Assembly (NCBI GenBank): GCA_051294375.1
Contig: CM119271.1
Location: 16,714,470-16,778,469, forward strand
Direction: 5' to 3'
Length of the DNA: 64,000 nucleotides
Source: Paraspadella gotoi
Taxonomy: Eukaryota; Animalia; Chaetognatha
Shown here piece by piece: positions 1 to 14,203 of this stretch. Numbering within the stretch: position 1 is the stretch's first letter; every line of letters begins with the position of its first letter. The notes under the pieces were generated by a model that was given only the letters and a program-made list of their open reading frames with translations, searched no databases and was not told where the DNA came from. The position numbers and the translations under genes are program-made.

Positions 1-1749
1 GAACATTTTGATCTATATTCACATAATTAGATATATTTATATTCTCAAATGTATTCGTATTACGCCCACTCTAAAGTCAATTTTTAGTAAGTAGACATAG
101 GTACATAGTACTCATTCCATCATGAGAGCACATGAACACACACTCTCTCATAAATAAGTGTTTTCTCTTTAGATATTTATACTATTTTCTGCACAAATTC
201 ATCATAAAAGTTGATTGAATATTCACAATAAACTCACTCAGTCGGTGTCTATAATCTCTCAAAAAGAGCTCTCTAGTCATAGTTAAAGTTAAGCTCAATA
301 TCACACATATTAATCCATTCTATATTACATTGCTTCCAAACGTGAGTGATACTGGAGTATTAAGTGTGGAGGTAATATAATATATTGCTTAATAATCTAG
401 CTTATTTAATATGATTTTCTAGTATTACCCACTCTCACACTCACTCAGGAGTTGCCTCATTATAGATAGCTTGTCAGTCTATTTGATATATTGTAATAAT
501 ACTTTTGTCTTGTTCGCACTGCTCATCGATATACGAATCTCGCTGTTTATATGAATGAGTGCACAAATACACAAGTGGATATGATATTCTGGATTCTCGT
601 GTTATCACTCGATTTTAATTCTGGAGTATTACCTAGTAGAGCAAAAATATACAAATAATTATAGCACTCAAGTATTGGGAGTCGTTCTCACACCACTGTT
701 CAGCGATATAGGCTTACAAGAGACCATGTGCGTTACGTGAGCGGTCTCTCACCATATGTCGAGATATTTGTGTCGATGACTTTGAGTTTGTAAGTATTTT
801 TCGCCGAGCTCGCGTGGATAATGTGTTAGAGTGTGAATCGCAAGTCACACGGAATATCTCCGTTGTGTTCTCTTTGTCTCCTCGTGCTACACTCACTCTC
901 TCATCGTGCGTGCGATCTCGTACTCGATGCGTGACTCTTCTCTCTCTCTCTCTCTCTGCATTCTCATTGCTCTCTATCTATCTCTTTTCTACTCTCTTCT
1001 TTATCTCTCTATATATTCCTCAATCTATACTAGACGTATGTAGTTCTGTTTGCGTCTGCAGTCTTTCTCTGCTACTACGTCATCATCCCTCTTCTCTCTC
1101 TCTCGTCTTCCTCGACTTCTCCTCTTTGGTGTCGCTTGCTGTTTCTCTCTCTCTCTCTCTCCGTTCTCTCGCTCGCTGCCTCTACTTTCTTTGTCTGTCT
1201 CTCTCTCTCCTCTTCTGCTCTTTCTCTCCTGTTCATATACTGGCTCTCTGCGGGTCGTTTCACTGTCGTGCGTGGTGCTCTGTCTTTCTTTCTTCGTCTC
1301 GGGTTCTCTTTCTCTCGTCCTCTCTCCTCCCTGTCGTCTCTCTATCCTCTCGTTGTTCTCTTCCCGGTGGTTTTCCGGCTACTTCTCTTCTCTCTCTCCA
1401 CACAGTCCCGGCGTGATTACTATATAGATTAGTCCTCACTCACATCTAGGATTTGTCGCTCAGTCATGATTCTGATAGACACGAGTACGATCCCTACAGT
1501 GAGTACAGCAATACAAACTTGACACTCACATACGACGTAGATGTAAGTGCGTATAGTGAGTTCTATTATAAATGCTAACGATTTTTGTCCATATTGACTC
1601 AGTGACTTTATGGTCGGGTGTGCTTGTGAGCGTGCGTGTGGCGCGTGGGGGTCCAGTGGTGTGAGCGAGCGCGGGTCGCGAGTGAGTGAGGTGAGTGTGG
1701 CGGCGAGCGTGAGTGCCGAGCCGACATGACTTTGCGCGTGGCCCGTCCT

Positions 1750-4700
1750 CTCACTCTCTTCTACTCGTCTTGAGGGCCGCGCCACGCCCACCGTCCAGAG
1801 AAGAGATAATATGGCAGAGTTGTGAGAACTTGTGGTCTCGTGCGTATATGAGTGCGCCTTCGAGTAGCTCGATGAGATCGATGTGCGTTCTGGCTTAGGA
1901 CCGATTCCAATGCGACAGAGACACATAGTGAATACTGTCAATGTGAAGCGTGCTGAAGTAGCGACTCGTGAAATTCGTATCTCGGTTGATTAGCGAATTC
2001 TCTGATCTCTCACTCATATCACTTCATGCTGGCAGAAGGATGTGGGGATTCGCGAGACTTGATTCTGAGTGTATGCGTGATTGCGATTGACATATATCGT
2101 CCACCCATTTTAGCTCTTTAATGTGATCAGATCACATATGATGATGTGCATTTTTTGCGATAAATTGTACGTTCGACTCGCAAGAGACGGATTTTATCGT
2201 GATTCTTGATTTTTAGTGTTGACCTTGATTAATGCTGAGACACAAAGTTGAAAATTCTTCAATAATGTTGTGCGACCATCAAATTGCTTCTCGGTGGTGT
2301 TATTGATCGCAGACTATGAGTGTATACCACGGAATGAAGTCGAAAATCACTAGCATAGAACACCAGTGAGGTGTATGTATGGCCTCTCCAACCGATTGCT
2401 GGGTCTAGAATCTCATCTTGATTAATATTTTCATTAGCCTCGATCTCGATATATTGTAGTATATGGATTATTCTGTGCAGCTAGTCTGTAAAGAGAAACA
2501 TTGAGAATTAGCAGATACATGATGGTGTAGGGGAGACCATAACGATGGAACGGTCTGCATAGGAGACGAGGGCGTTCTTTTGCCCCCGCGCGACCAACAG
2601 CGGCCGTCGCGGTGCCCCTTACGGCAGAGCCAGAAGACGCGCTGCAAATTAGAGAGGAAGAGGTGGCGGGGGAGAGGGAGGGATGATTGGTCGGGGATTG
2701 CCGGGGATTGGCCGGGGAAGATGGTAAGAAGAAGAAGGGAAGTTGATGGTAGGAATTCTTTCTTTCAACTAATGTTTGAGCAAACAATGTCGGATCTGCC
2801 ACGGATCATTAGCGGTAATTAGATTAATTATATTAATTTGATTCTGAAATGTTTGTGTTTTTTAGCGTCTTTTTGTCAAGAACCACTACAAAGGCAATTG
2901 ACGACGACGACAATTAATTCCGATAACGATTTGATTGATTGAATAATTTAATTAAGAGATAAATAAATGATGAATAACTAATTTATAGATATTAATAATT
3001 GATTGATTGAATAAATAAATAAATAATTGATTAATTGACTTGATTAATTAATTATTGATTGTAATTTAATTGACTAATTGATTAATTAACTGTAGAGGAT
3101 CAATTATAATGTATTGTTATGTGTTTAGTTGACAGAAACTGTTCAATATAAGCAGTCCCTGAGCTTTTGGATCAGGCGTAACACCATGTAACAGGCAGGT
3201 TAAGCGCCCCGTCCCTTCTTAACTGTCGTTGGCGACCACCGGGCTAGAACCCCTCCAGCACAATGGCCGCTGATGAACGGTTGGGGATTTTTGTCCACCA
3301 TAACTGATTTAATTATTGATTAATTATACATCTTGTATTGTATATTTATATAAAAAGAAATGAAGCATAGATCAATTAGTGAAACAGGTTGTTTTGTTTT
3401 TTCCATATAAACTCTATTGCTCACCCAGACGATTTCCATTCGAAACTTGATTTCCAGTTCTTAATCACAATTACTTTCCTACTCACATTAAAAATATTTC
3501 AAGTCAATATTTAACCAAAAAATTTAAAAAATTTCCAAATTTAAGATTAAATGGGTGTTTAGGGAAATAAACAGAATAAAAAAAAAAAGACCCCAATGTT
3601 CCCCTTTAATCAACCTGCAAAATCGGAGGTTTCTGGATGCCCCATTGGCCTGAGAGACCAATCTATTACTAGCGATCCGGAGTCTGAAGAAGTCACGATA
3701 GTAAAAGAATGATCCCGATTGAGACTAAACCGAAAAGAAGTCACCCTATGACGCCTGCGTAAAGAAGTCATTTAGGGCGGAACCACATCTTCTTCGGGGG
3801 ACCAGGCAAGATAGAGCGATGTGAAGCTGTGATTTGTGATTTGTGGGTGATGAGTAGTTCGTAGTGTGAACTGTGTATGAAGAATTGCTTCAATCAGATT
3901 ATTACGAATTCATGGCATTCATAATTAATTAAATGCTATCCTTGCTCTACTTGGGTTTAAGACCTCCATCATCTCTTACATAATGATTATGAAATCAGCA
4001 GGGCCTAGGTCCCTGCAAGCTTTTCAATCATAGACTCTCGTCACAGTTCTCGTTATTCCACTCTCTGAATGCCTGCTTTTCCCTATCAATGAAGATGATA
4101 TAATATTTCAAGGAAAACTCCCTTCAAGTATTGATTGGCGTATAAGTGTAATGTTACTCGGCACTTGCTCAAAATACTAAAGTTATTAGAAATGTTATGT
4201 TAATTTGCCTGAGTAAAATTGGAATGTGAATATCTCAAGGCCAGAGAACGTTGGGACAGTTATAAAGGGAATATATAATGAAAAGAGGAGTCTGACAGAT
4301 TTAGAGAGTTTGAAATTGACAGAGAGACTACGACGACTTACTTTTATATGTATCAAGTATGAAATAATAATAATGATCTAATACTTAATACTTTCGTACA
4401 ATAAAAACATTCTTTGAAACTTTACACAGCTTCATTGATTGGAAAGCCAGGTACTCTGGGAGAGAATAAATCGTGAGGGAGTCTTGATTGAAAACTTGCA
4501 GGGACCTGCAATGTCATTATCTTGTAAGAGTGATGGAGGCCTTTAACCCCCAAAGCCTGTCCAAAGTCAGGGGAAAGATAGCTTATTTATTGAATGAATG
4601 TATAATTTTTAATTTTGTATAATGATTACTTATTTCAGCGTATTTAAATCAGAAGAAGGGAGAGAAAGAGAAAGAAAGACAGGATGGAGAAGAAAGAAGA

Positions 4701-5853
4701 GAATGAATAAAGAGATAGACAGATAGGATAGACAGATAGTAAGAATTGAGAAGAAAGAAGAGGAAATGAATAAAGAGATAGACTGATAGTAAAAATGATA
4801 GTTTTGAGATAGAGCAAGAAACGAGTTATGGTTTATGTCTCAGAGAGAAATTTTCTTCAATTCTTCTTTTGCTTTGAAGCCGGAGACAATTTTAAGGGAA
4901 GACGCAATTTCCGTCATTATTTTTATTATGCTTCTTCGTCGTCGTCGTTGTTGTCGTCGTCGTCGTCATTCTTGCCGTTATAATCATTGTCGAATGGTGG
5001 ACTAAAATCCACCAACCGTCCAGCAGCCATTGTTCGCAGGGCAAGTTCATCGCCTCCTCAACGGGTGTTCTTAGCCCGCGTCGTTCTCTGCAGTAAGACG
5101 CGGACGGGCGCGCTCTAACCCGCCCTGTTTTACAGCCTGATCCAAGGCAGACTGCTTATATTGAACGTTCCTGTCACCTAACTCATAACACATTATTACT
5201 GTCTATTCAGAAGTAATTCACGATATTTGTATGCAAGATTGCAGTATCTTTGTCGTTTTTGTCATTGTCATGTTATTGGAGTCAACGTCATTGTAATCAT
5301 TATTGTCATCGAAATTATAATCATCGTCATCGTCATTGAAACAGGCCATGTCGTAGACGTCTTAGTCATTGAAACAGGCCATGTCTTCGAAAGAAAACAA
5401 CGACGACGACGACGACGACGACGAAGCTGCTAACGCGGACCTAAATTTTGCCAACAAAAACCGTCGTGTGAATTTTCATTAGACTGATTGATTGATTGAT
5501 TGATTGATTAGACTGATCTTACCATTTATCATAATCAACCCAAACAAAAGTTTTCCGAAACATCTTTTCTATGCGCAGGCGATCTAGAAGGGAAGACAGG
5601 ATTAGCAGAAAGAAAAGAGAGCACAGACAGAAGAGAGATGAGAAGACAGAGAGAAGAGAGAGAGACAAGAAGAAGAGAGAAACAGGAGACGGAAGCGGGC
5701 GCGGCAACTCGCAAAATGGAGGCTAATAGAGTTCCGCGTGCGACTGGAAATGCGTTCGCAGCTGGGCCGGATGGGCCGGCCGTAGAGCAGGAGCACAGTG
5801 AACACGGTGGCCAGCAATTAGTTCCAGCAAACGTTCGTAGTAGCCTTAGTACG
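1750..5853 (-). CDS. Probable class A (rhodopsin-like) peptide GPCR, FMRFamide-receptor-like; frames broken by indels
   Basis: Motifs appear in the correct order across shifting frames: KATTNV..LLATVFTVLLLYG (TM2, exon from ctacag|5853), AKER..CRPFH (ERY..CxP after TM3, exon from ttgcag|2641), VIFDFIPWYTLIV (TM5), EIRISR..TVFTMC (TM6), NSAILSLLW (TM7). Sequence quality is poor and the TM1 exon was not located. Confidence 0.42.
2772..3560. mobile_element. Family B copy with nested family C
   Basis: gtttgagcaaacaatgtcggatctgcc start; shared core cagacgatttccattcgaaacttgatttccag. Confidence 0.6.
3150..3226 (-). ncRNA. Type-P5 twister ribozyme, family C
   Basis: Minus strand: CAGT-TAA-GAAGG-GA-CGGG-GCGCT-TAA-CCT-GC-[P3]-G-CCTGA-TCCA-AAA-GC-TCAGG-G-ACTG. 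Confidence 0.65.
4518..4580 (+). ncRNA. Type-P5 twister ribozyme, family A (slightly degenerate)
   Basis: tatcttgtaagagtgatggaggcctttaacccccaaagcctgtccaaagtcaggggaaagata; P2 and T2 altered. Confidence 0.62.
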
Positions 5854-8595
5854 CTGTAGGCAGAAGAGGAGAGAGGATAAGAGGAGATAAGAGGAGGATG
5901 AAGAGGAGGATGAAGCTTGTACTTGAAAAGCGAAAACGTAAATTTTACAAATTGCAAAATAGGTTTTTTTGGGAGAAAGATCGTGTTCAGATCCAAGAAC
6001 TCTTGGTTTTCATATCATAAACCAGAAAAGAACCGATAGTTTCGCCATCATGCACCCGTTCTACTCATCATTTTCCTCACTCATCCTCACCCTACTCCCG
6101 GAGATCCAGGCTCAGTCCAAGGTTAGGTATTTTCATTCACGCGCTTTTCCTCTCTTCCTCTCTCTCATCCGTCCCTCTCCTCAGTCTCTGTTACCATTTT
6201 TTTTACCGCCAATTAGCGCTTACATTATATTCTCCTTTCCCACCATTTTCCCGCCTTATTACCTTACCGATAAGATTTCAGTCAGGACTTTACCGACCTT
6301 AGTTAGGAGTGGCGCCCATGACGGTCGCTCGACACCCTTAACCACGAAAACCCGCCTTTAAAGTCCCTAGTGCTCGTTACACCCACTCTAAAACAAAAAA
6401 GAAATAACTTGCCTAGAGACCAAAAAAACAATAAAATATAACCTACCGTCTTTTTCTACTCACCATACATTTCTCGCTCCTGGCCATTTTTTTTTCGCCG
6501 CATCCGTGAGCATAATTTTTATTTCTGCGCCCTGCGATTACATCTTTATCTCCGCCCTTGACTAATTTCTGGAATACCAAAATTTATTTATCGTCTTCAT
6601 CGACAATCCTTTTCACTTCTCATCTCTCTCTGACTTGACTACGTTTGTTCACCTTTCCTATAAACCTTTCCCGTAGTTGTTTTTACCAAAAAAAAAGAAC
6701 CCTGTGAAATTAACCGTGACATTATCATAAACATTCTAAGAAAAATCTTTTCTGTCTAAGTAAACAAACAAAAAGGAGACAAACACAACATAAACATTCA
6801 ACCTTAAAATAAAACTAAGACTTAACCTAAGAACCCTCCCCGAACCCCCTCACTAAAAGCAACTGCTCGACGGCGATAAGTTACTTCTTTCACTTTTCGG
6901 TTACACCGCTATCTCGGAAGAAATCATAAATTCACTGAGACGAATTCTGACACCGACCTGTTTGAAAAAAGAGAAAAGGAAGATCAACTTTGTCACGAAA
7001 AGAACTTAAGAACAATAAAAACAAAAACTTTTTAAAAAATCACAACAAACCCTAACAAAGTTAATAACATTGAAACAAAAAAAATAAAAGAAAACAAAAC
7101 TCTTGTTTAACTAAATATTAACTTTGAAGATTTCCATTCGTACTTTTCTACGAATCTTCGTCATTCAATATCTTTCTTTCAATAATTTCTCTCTCCCTAT
7201 TTAACCTGACTCAAATTCTTTCGCCTCATCTCTCCTGAATGGATTGCGATAATGCTTGCACCTTCTCGAGTTATTCGCTTCATGAGCTAACGGTAGTACG
7301 CACGCGCGCAGAAGCCTGAGGTCCGCGCTATCTGAAGTGACTCCTGACGCACCAAGACACACGCGCGCCATGCGTTGGTAACCTTAGACGCTAGTCGCGA
7401 ATCGCTGATCTCTTCGTCATTATCTAGCCCCAACTGCTTTGTGCAGATCGATTCATACGCCACGTCATGGAAGGCACCCGAGTCTCTGAATCCCTCGAAT
7501 AACTGAAGCGGAAGTACATAGCTAACTTCTACTCACTTTCGCATGAACGCCGGGAGATTGCAAATGTCCTCAAGTGAGCTCCGATAAACATGAGCAGACA
7601 CCAATCTAACCCGCTTCCCTCCCCCCTTTGATTCCACATACAAATTTATCCTATGCGTGTCACATCTCCAATACCTCTGGCGACGTGAGTTTCCCAATTC
7701 TTGACTCGTTAGAACGCCCGGAATCTGTATACTCAAAGTAGATCACGATGGTATGCGACGTAGCTCTTTTTCAAATACAGCCGTTCCTGCCTCGAGTGCA
7801 ATGGTAAGCTCGTCGTTGATCAGGTGTGATAGAGCACATAAGACTCTGCGCCAATACGTACACTCTCTCTAATCTCTCTCATTTTTNNNNNNNNNNNNNN
7901 NNNNNNNNNNNAACTGGAAGAGAAGGCCAAATTCGATTTCTCCGTCGACCGACTCCTCCATTTCTCCGCCTCGTCAGCCGCCGCCAGCCGCCGCCAGCCG
8001 CCGCAAGCCGCCGCCGACGACATCCCTTGCTTTCCCTTCTTAACTCAGACTTTTTCCTTTTTCTTTTGTCATTCGCGCCTGGATTGCATTCTTTTCCCAG
8101 AGCGCCCCATTTATGTTGCTTTATCCCGGAATTTAATTTTAAAATTATTATTTAACCTAAATATATTCTCAAATTTATAACCCGAATCCCTGACCCAAAA
8201 CACCAAACCCTAAGCCTAATTTCTAACCCTAACCCTTAACCTTAAACCCTAATCATTAACCCTAATCCTTAGCCTAAATTACTCGACTAATCCATAACCT
8301 AACCTCTAACCCTAATCTCCAACCAAATCTTTAATTGAAAAAAATTAATCCAATTTTCTGAGAAAATAAGGCCCTTTTTTACAGTCGGAGTTCATATTGA
8401 TATTTATTTGATAATTGTTTATTATAACGTCATTTTTTGTTGTTTTTTTTTTGTTTATTTCTTCAGCGACACTCTTCCCTTGAGATGTCCCCGATTCTGC
8501 AGACTCCTTCGTCGGTTGAGGTCAGACCGACAATCGCTGCTTCGTAGATTGTTATGGCTCCTTTTATGCCGGCGTTTCCCTTTGGAAGGATGAGG

Positions 8596-8699
<104 letters not shown>

Positions 8700-9157
8700 G
8701 AGAGAGATAAAGAGAGGGAATGTCGCCTTAGAAACGAAGGTAAGGTGAAAAGGATTTGGGTGAGTAGGTTAACTCAATTGACTGAAAATTTATGGCATCA
8801 TTCCATCTCTCTTTCTTTTTTTTACTTTTTTCTTTAGTTCTTTTTTTCTCTTTCTTTCTTCTTTTATTTCAACCAGTCAATCTTCATAAATCCGATCGTA
8901 GTAAAGAGAGAATAAGAACCAAATAAAAAAAATTAAGTTTAATAGATACATGAAATTAGTACACCAAATATAAAAATTATCCATTTATTTAATAAATGAA
9001 CTATCTGACTTTGGTGACCTGACTTTGGTGGTTTAAGGCCTTCAACACTCTTACAAGAAAATAACTTTTCCGGACTCTGCATGGCGAAGTTTCAAAGTAT
9101 AGAAATCGATTCAAAGTAAAAATGTTCACAGTCGTGAAATTAGTAGCTCAGTAATTA

Positions 9158-9192
<35 letters not shown>

Positions 9193-10059
9193 NNNNNNNN
9201 NNNNNNNNNNNNNNNNNNNNNNNNNNNNNNNNNNNNNNNNNNNNNNNNNNNNNNNNNNNNNNNNNNNNNNNNNNNNNNNNNNNNNNNNNNNNNNNNNNNN
9301 NNNNNNNNNNNNNNNNNNNNNNNNNNNNNNNNNNNNNNNNNNNGTCACTCCATCAAACTCACTCATTCAACTCTAATCACTCCATCAAACTCACTCCATA
9401 AACTCTACTCACCCCATCAACTCACAACAGCCAATCAGGATTTACAGCAGCATCGTTCATAACGAAGCGATAACAAAGTTGAAATTGCACTTACCTGAGG
9501 TAAGGCGATCCGAATGGTAGGAGAGGCAAAAGACAAAACGGGAAAAAGTAATTTATCGATTTATTATTTTTTATTATTATAGTTTAAAATTCATCGAAGT
9601 TGATTATAATTACCAATATACTTTTTAAGATAACGATGTAATACTAAAAATGATTATAAAAACCAATTCAATTTTGGTCTGAAGATTAAAAAAAGTCTTT
9701 TTTTCCAAGCTGCGCTATCATTCGGATTAAGTTTCGATGTATGAAATTAGTAAGTATATTTTTTTATACTTATTGAAGGATAACTAAACAATTTTATTGT
9801 TGAAAAAACCCAAACACAGTTTGTGGGCTCTTTGTATCTATTTATTTTTTATAAATGAGACAGATTAGACAAATGAACAGTTTCGAGACGATTTAATAAT
9901 TCCTTCAATGAAGTCGCCAGTAGCGACTCTAGCGGGAAAAAGTTAAATAACTCTTGAGACAAAAGAGCAACCGAGTTTAGAGACGAAATAAAAGAATCAA
10001 TTATTAAATCGAAATCATGAATTCATTTTTGATGATATTCCCCTTTGAAAACGAGGCGC

Positions 10060-10096
<37 letters not shown>

Positions 10097-10796
10097 NNNN
10101 NNNNNNNNNNNNNNNNNNNNNNNNNNNNNNNNNNNNNNNNNNNNNNNNNNNNNNNNNNNNNNNNNNNNNNNNNNNNNNNNNNNNNNNNNNNNNNNNNNNN
10201 NNNNNNNNNNNNNNNNNNNNNNNNNNNNNNNNNNNNNNNNNNNNNNNNNNNNNNNNNNNNNNNNNNNNNNNNNNNNNNNNNNNNNNNNNNNNNNNNNNNN
10301 NNNNNNNNNNNNNNNNNNNNNNNNNNNNNNNNNNNNNNNNNNNNNNNNNNNNNNNNNNNNNNNNNNNNNNNNNNNNNNNNNNNNNNNNNNNNNNNNNNNN
10401 NNNNNNNNNNNNNNNNNNNNNNNNNNNNNNNNNNNNNNNNNNNNNNNNNNNNNNNNNNNNNNNNNNNNNNNNNNNNNNNNNNNNNNNNNNNNNNNNNNNN
10501 NNNNNNNNNNNNNNNNNNNNNNNNNNNNNNNNNNNNNNNNNNNNNNNNNNNNNNNNNNNNNNNNNNNNNNNNNNNNNNNNNNNNNNNNNNNNNNNNNNNN
10601 NNNNNNNNNNNNNNNNNNNNNNNNNNNNNNNNNNNNNNNNNNNNNNNNNNNNNNNNNNNNNNNNNNNNNNNNNNNNNNNNNNNNNNNNNNNNNNNNNNNN
10701 NNNNNNNNNNNNNNNNNNNNNNNNNNNNNNNNNNNNNNNNNNNNNNNNNNNNNNNNNNNNNNNNNNNNNNNNNNNNNNNNNNNNNNNNNNNNNNNN

Positions 10797-10832
<36 letters not shown>

Positions 10833-11148
10833 TAATTTTCACACTGATAAAAACTATAAAAAAAGACCCCAAAATGTTTTCAGCTTCTTTAACGAAATTT
10901 TTTTTCCGTTTAAATAATTTTCGAATTTAGAAACAAAATGACGTCGATGTTTTTATTTTTGGGACTAAAGATGTCGCTTTATGTTTAACGTTTCAACTGA
11001 ACCTCTACACATTAGGGCACTATTTTCCTAAAGCGTTCCATTTCTGTTCCTACTCCTATTTTAAACATTAAATCTAACTCTAATATTTTACCAAATGCTG
11101 AACCCGATTCCTTATTCCCTTATTCCTTTATCCTAATATTTAATGTTA

Positions 11149-11311
11149 ATCAGGCTGTAACACCGTGTTACAGGCGGGTTAAGCGCCCCGTCCCTCTTAA
11201 CTGTTAAGCGACCACCGGGCTAGAACCCTGGACCTATGGGTTGGGAGGAAACTGACTTGCTTCCTGCTTCAATGGCCGCTGATGAACTGTTGGTGGATTT
11301 TTAATTCACCA
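11149..11311 (-). mobile_element. Interspersed repeat family C (multi-hairpin; twister truncated at P4)
   Basis: Related copies at 3100-3300, 4997-5200, 55539-55679 and 60400-60542; shared terminal hairpin GGTGGA..TCCACC. Confidence 0.75.
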
Positions 11312-11427
11312 TAATTTAATCCTTCGCCCTAAATTGGGAAACAAGAAGATTTGTTAGATAAAAATATTTTTAATTGTTTTAATAAATAAATCGATGAAAA
11401 TCTTTTCTTTTCATTGTGTTTGAGTAA

Positions 11428-11570
11428 TAGAGAAAACAACATTTTTATTTTAGAGAAAAATAGATATATTTCCACTCTGTTTTAAGACTTCAAAAACGCT
11501 TTTGAATACTCAAAACAGAGTCGAAATATATCTGTTTTTCTCTTAAATAAAAATATTTTCGTTTTCTCTT
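11428..11570. mobile_element. AT-rich foldback / MITE-like palindrome
   Basis: gaaaaatagatatatttccactctgtttt pairs with aaaacagagtcgaaatatatctgtttttc. Confidence 0.65.
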
Positions 11571-11789
11571 ATGAATAAATCTTAACAAACTGTTTTAGAA
11601 TAAAATATAATTTTAACCAAACAAAAAAAAAAAGATTGTGTAATACAATTTAATTTTAAAAAAAGTTTTTATAAATTTTTTTTTTTATTTTGATCTGCCC
11701 TAACGTCAAAGTCTCTTCAATTTTTAACTCGGAAAAGAAAAAAACTCAGATAAAAATTAAATTAAAAGAAAAAAAACATTTTTCTTTTC

Positions 11790-12200
11790 CTTCTACTAAC
11801 ACCGAGTTTTCCTTCAATCTATCTAACCTCTCCCATTTATCACTGAGTCACCCTTCTATCACTGAATCTCTCATTTACCACTGAGTCTCTCCCCAAGCAA
11901 TGAGTCGCCCTTCCATTATCACCTCTCCATTCTATCACTGAGTCTAACCTCTATCACTAAGTCTATATTTTATCACCAAGTCTCTTTACAGGTATCGAGT
12001 ATTTTATTATCACTTTCTTCATCACTTCTCCCTTATATCATTGAGTCTCTCCTATCATTGCGTCATTCTTTTATCACTGAGTATCTTTTATTATTGAGTA
12101 TCTCTCTCCAAGCATCGAGTTTCTTTCTATCACCGAGTCTTCTTTCCATCACCGAGTCTTCTTTCTATCACCGAGTCTTTTTTCTACCACCATCTCACAG
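11790..12200 (+). repeat. Degenerate ~21-bp minisatellite (TCTATCACTGAGTCTCTC..)
   Basis: Repeated atcactgagtc/atcaccgagtc. Confidence 0.75.
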
Positions 12201-13214
12201 TCTCACAAGATGTCATTTTTTTTCCCGGAAAACACGAATTCAGGGATTCAGTTTGTGAACGCCTCGCTTACCTTTTGATGTTGAAACGGACCGATCCAAT
12301 TTCACAAATTCGTTTCGACGAAAGGACTGTTCTCTTTCTCTATCTCACAGTCTCTCTCTCTCTCTCCAAAATCAAAATCAAATCTCTCTTCCTCTCTCAC
12401 TCTCTCTCTCTTTCCCTCTCCCCCCTCTTTCTCTCTTCCCCTCTCTCTCTCTCACACACTCTCGTCTCCTTTTTGAAAACCCTTTAAAAGGTCTTTCTTT
12501 TTTCCCCAGGGTTTTTTTTTTTGCCACCGAAAATTTGTAAGGTTTTAAGAATAAAATTGTGCCTAACGGGCCGAGCTCACAGATGGGGTTCCACAGACTC
12601 GGATAACACTCCCTCGACCTGCGGGGGAGGGGAAGGGGAGGAGGGGTGGCGAGGGGTGGTAAGAGAATGTTGTAAATGGGTCAGGGTAAAAAAGCAATAT
12701 GGGACTGAGAGGGTAAAAATTGTAAAGTAAAATTAGGGAAAATTAAAAATTAGGGAGGAAACCTGATAATGGGGGGAGATTTATTCAAAAAGGAAAAAGG
12801 TAAGAGAAATGGAAGGAAAAAAGGCTCATAAAAAATCAAACTATATCTTCCAAATTAATTTAACTTAATTTTTTAGATTAAATATAATTTTTTTAAATAA
12901 TCATTAGATTAAGGATTATGGATTAAGTTAGAGATTGCGGCAAAATTTTTTTAGAAAAAATTATAAAAAGATTAGGGTAAATTATTAAAATTTAAATTAG
13001 CTTTAAGAAAAAAAGTTTTCATTTTTATATTTACATACTATTATTGTGGTTTTATGAGCAAAATTTAGCAAGTCACATTGCAATTACAATAAAAACGAAA
13101 TGTCGTAACAATTTTACAATTTAATTTATGCAGAATCTTCATTTTATTTTAAAGAATTCCATCGAAATCCATTGAATTTCTTTAAATTCCATAAAAATTC
13201 CATCAAATTCCATC

Positions 13215-13701
13215 TCAACTTCCACCTCGCTTCCTCATTTCCCTCATTTCCACGACGCCATATTCCTCGTTAAGTTCCACGGCGTCGTTATCGTGATCTC
13301 TCTTGCCGGCGCCAACTCCTGCGATTCCCATTTTACCGGCGCCACTTCCGGCGGCGCCAGCCACGCCCCCAAGCGTCTGTGCCATCACCGTTCATTTCGT
13401 CTCGGGCGTCGTCCAAATAACTAAGGCGGCGACGGCTTGAACGCCAGCTCCGTGCTGGGAAAAGCCAGAGGCGCCACGCGGATCTGTAACGAAGCGAACG
13501 ACGCCAGGCAGAGGGCCAGACATCCAGCGCCTGCGCAGACCCGGATGGAAACGTCGCGGCGGACATGACGCGGATCACACCGGTAACAGGTTCGGCGCCA
13601 ACAGAGAAGAATCGATCTGGAGTCTATGGCCGAGGCCGTGGCGAACCGGATGAAGCAAGTGGGTAATCGGCTCCTCGGCCTTTCGGATAGGGCGTTGTGA
13701 A
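13215..13701. other. GC-rich exon-like island, no intact frame
   Basis: Plus-strand Pro/Ser-rich pieces (LPAPTPAIPILPAPLPAAPATP; RIDLESMAEAVANRMKQVGNRLLGLSDRAL*) in shifting frames; strand uncertain. Confidence 0.3.
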
Positions 13702-14031
13702 AATATAAAAATTTTATTATTTTATATAAAAAGATTTATTTAAACATTTTGATAGCTTTTTTTGTAAATTTTGAGCTCTTTCTTAATTCTTAACATTTTA
13801 CTTTACTAATTACTTTGCTATTTTTTTTTCTTTTTTTCAATTATTTATTAATAGTTAATTGTTATTATTAAAATTTCAGTATACAAAAATCTTTTAAACT
13901 GTTATACATTAAGAAAAATATTATTTTCTTTCTCCCTGTCTCTTTCTTTCTCTCTCTTTCTTGCTCTTCCCAATTGATCATTTCACTTCTTTTAAAAAAT
14001 TAATTCAATCTGTCTTTACCCTTGGCCTATT

Positions 14032-14138
14032 GTTACCACTGATCACTATTACCACTGATTACCACTGATCACCACTGATTACCACTGATCACCACTGATC
14101 ACCACTGATCACCACTGATCACTGTTACCACTGATCAG
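14032..14138 (+). repeat. 10-bp tandem repeat ACCACTGATC
   Basis: Read directly from the sequence. Confidence 0.9.
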
Positions 14139-14170
14139 TGTTCTTTCTAAATTCTGTATTGGAAACTTTG

Positions 14171-14203
<33 letters not shown>

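Noticed and set aside
814-1432. Long Ser/Leu- or Glu/Arg-rich ORFs here and throughout the ORF track
   Set aside because: Translations of (TC)n/(GA)n microsatellites and N gaps.
3262-3300. CTGATGA in family C as a hammerhead or C box
   Set aside because: No downstream GAAA or D box; it is a hairpin loop on the strand opposite the twister.
8170-8330. Telomere (TAACCC-like)
   Set aside because: Degenerate, internal and attached to an interspersed repeat head also seen at ~19757.
13218-13386. Minus-strand neuropeptide precursor (..GIAGVGAGKR.., calcitonin-like)
   Set aside because: No signal peptide or Cys ring and an upstream in-frame stop; probably the antisense of a Pro/Ala-rich frame.
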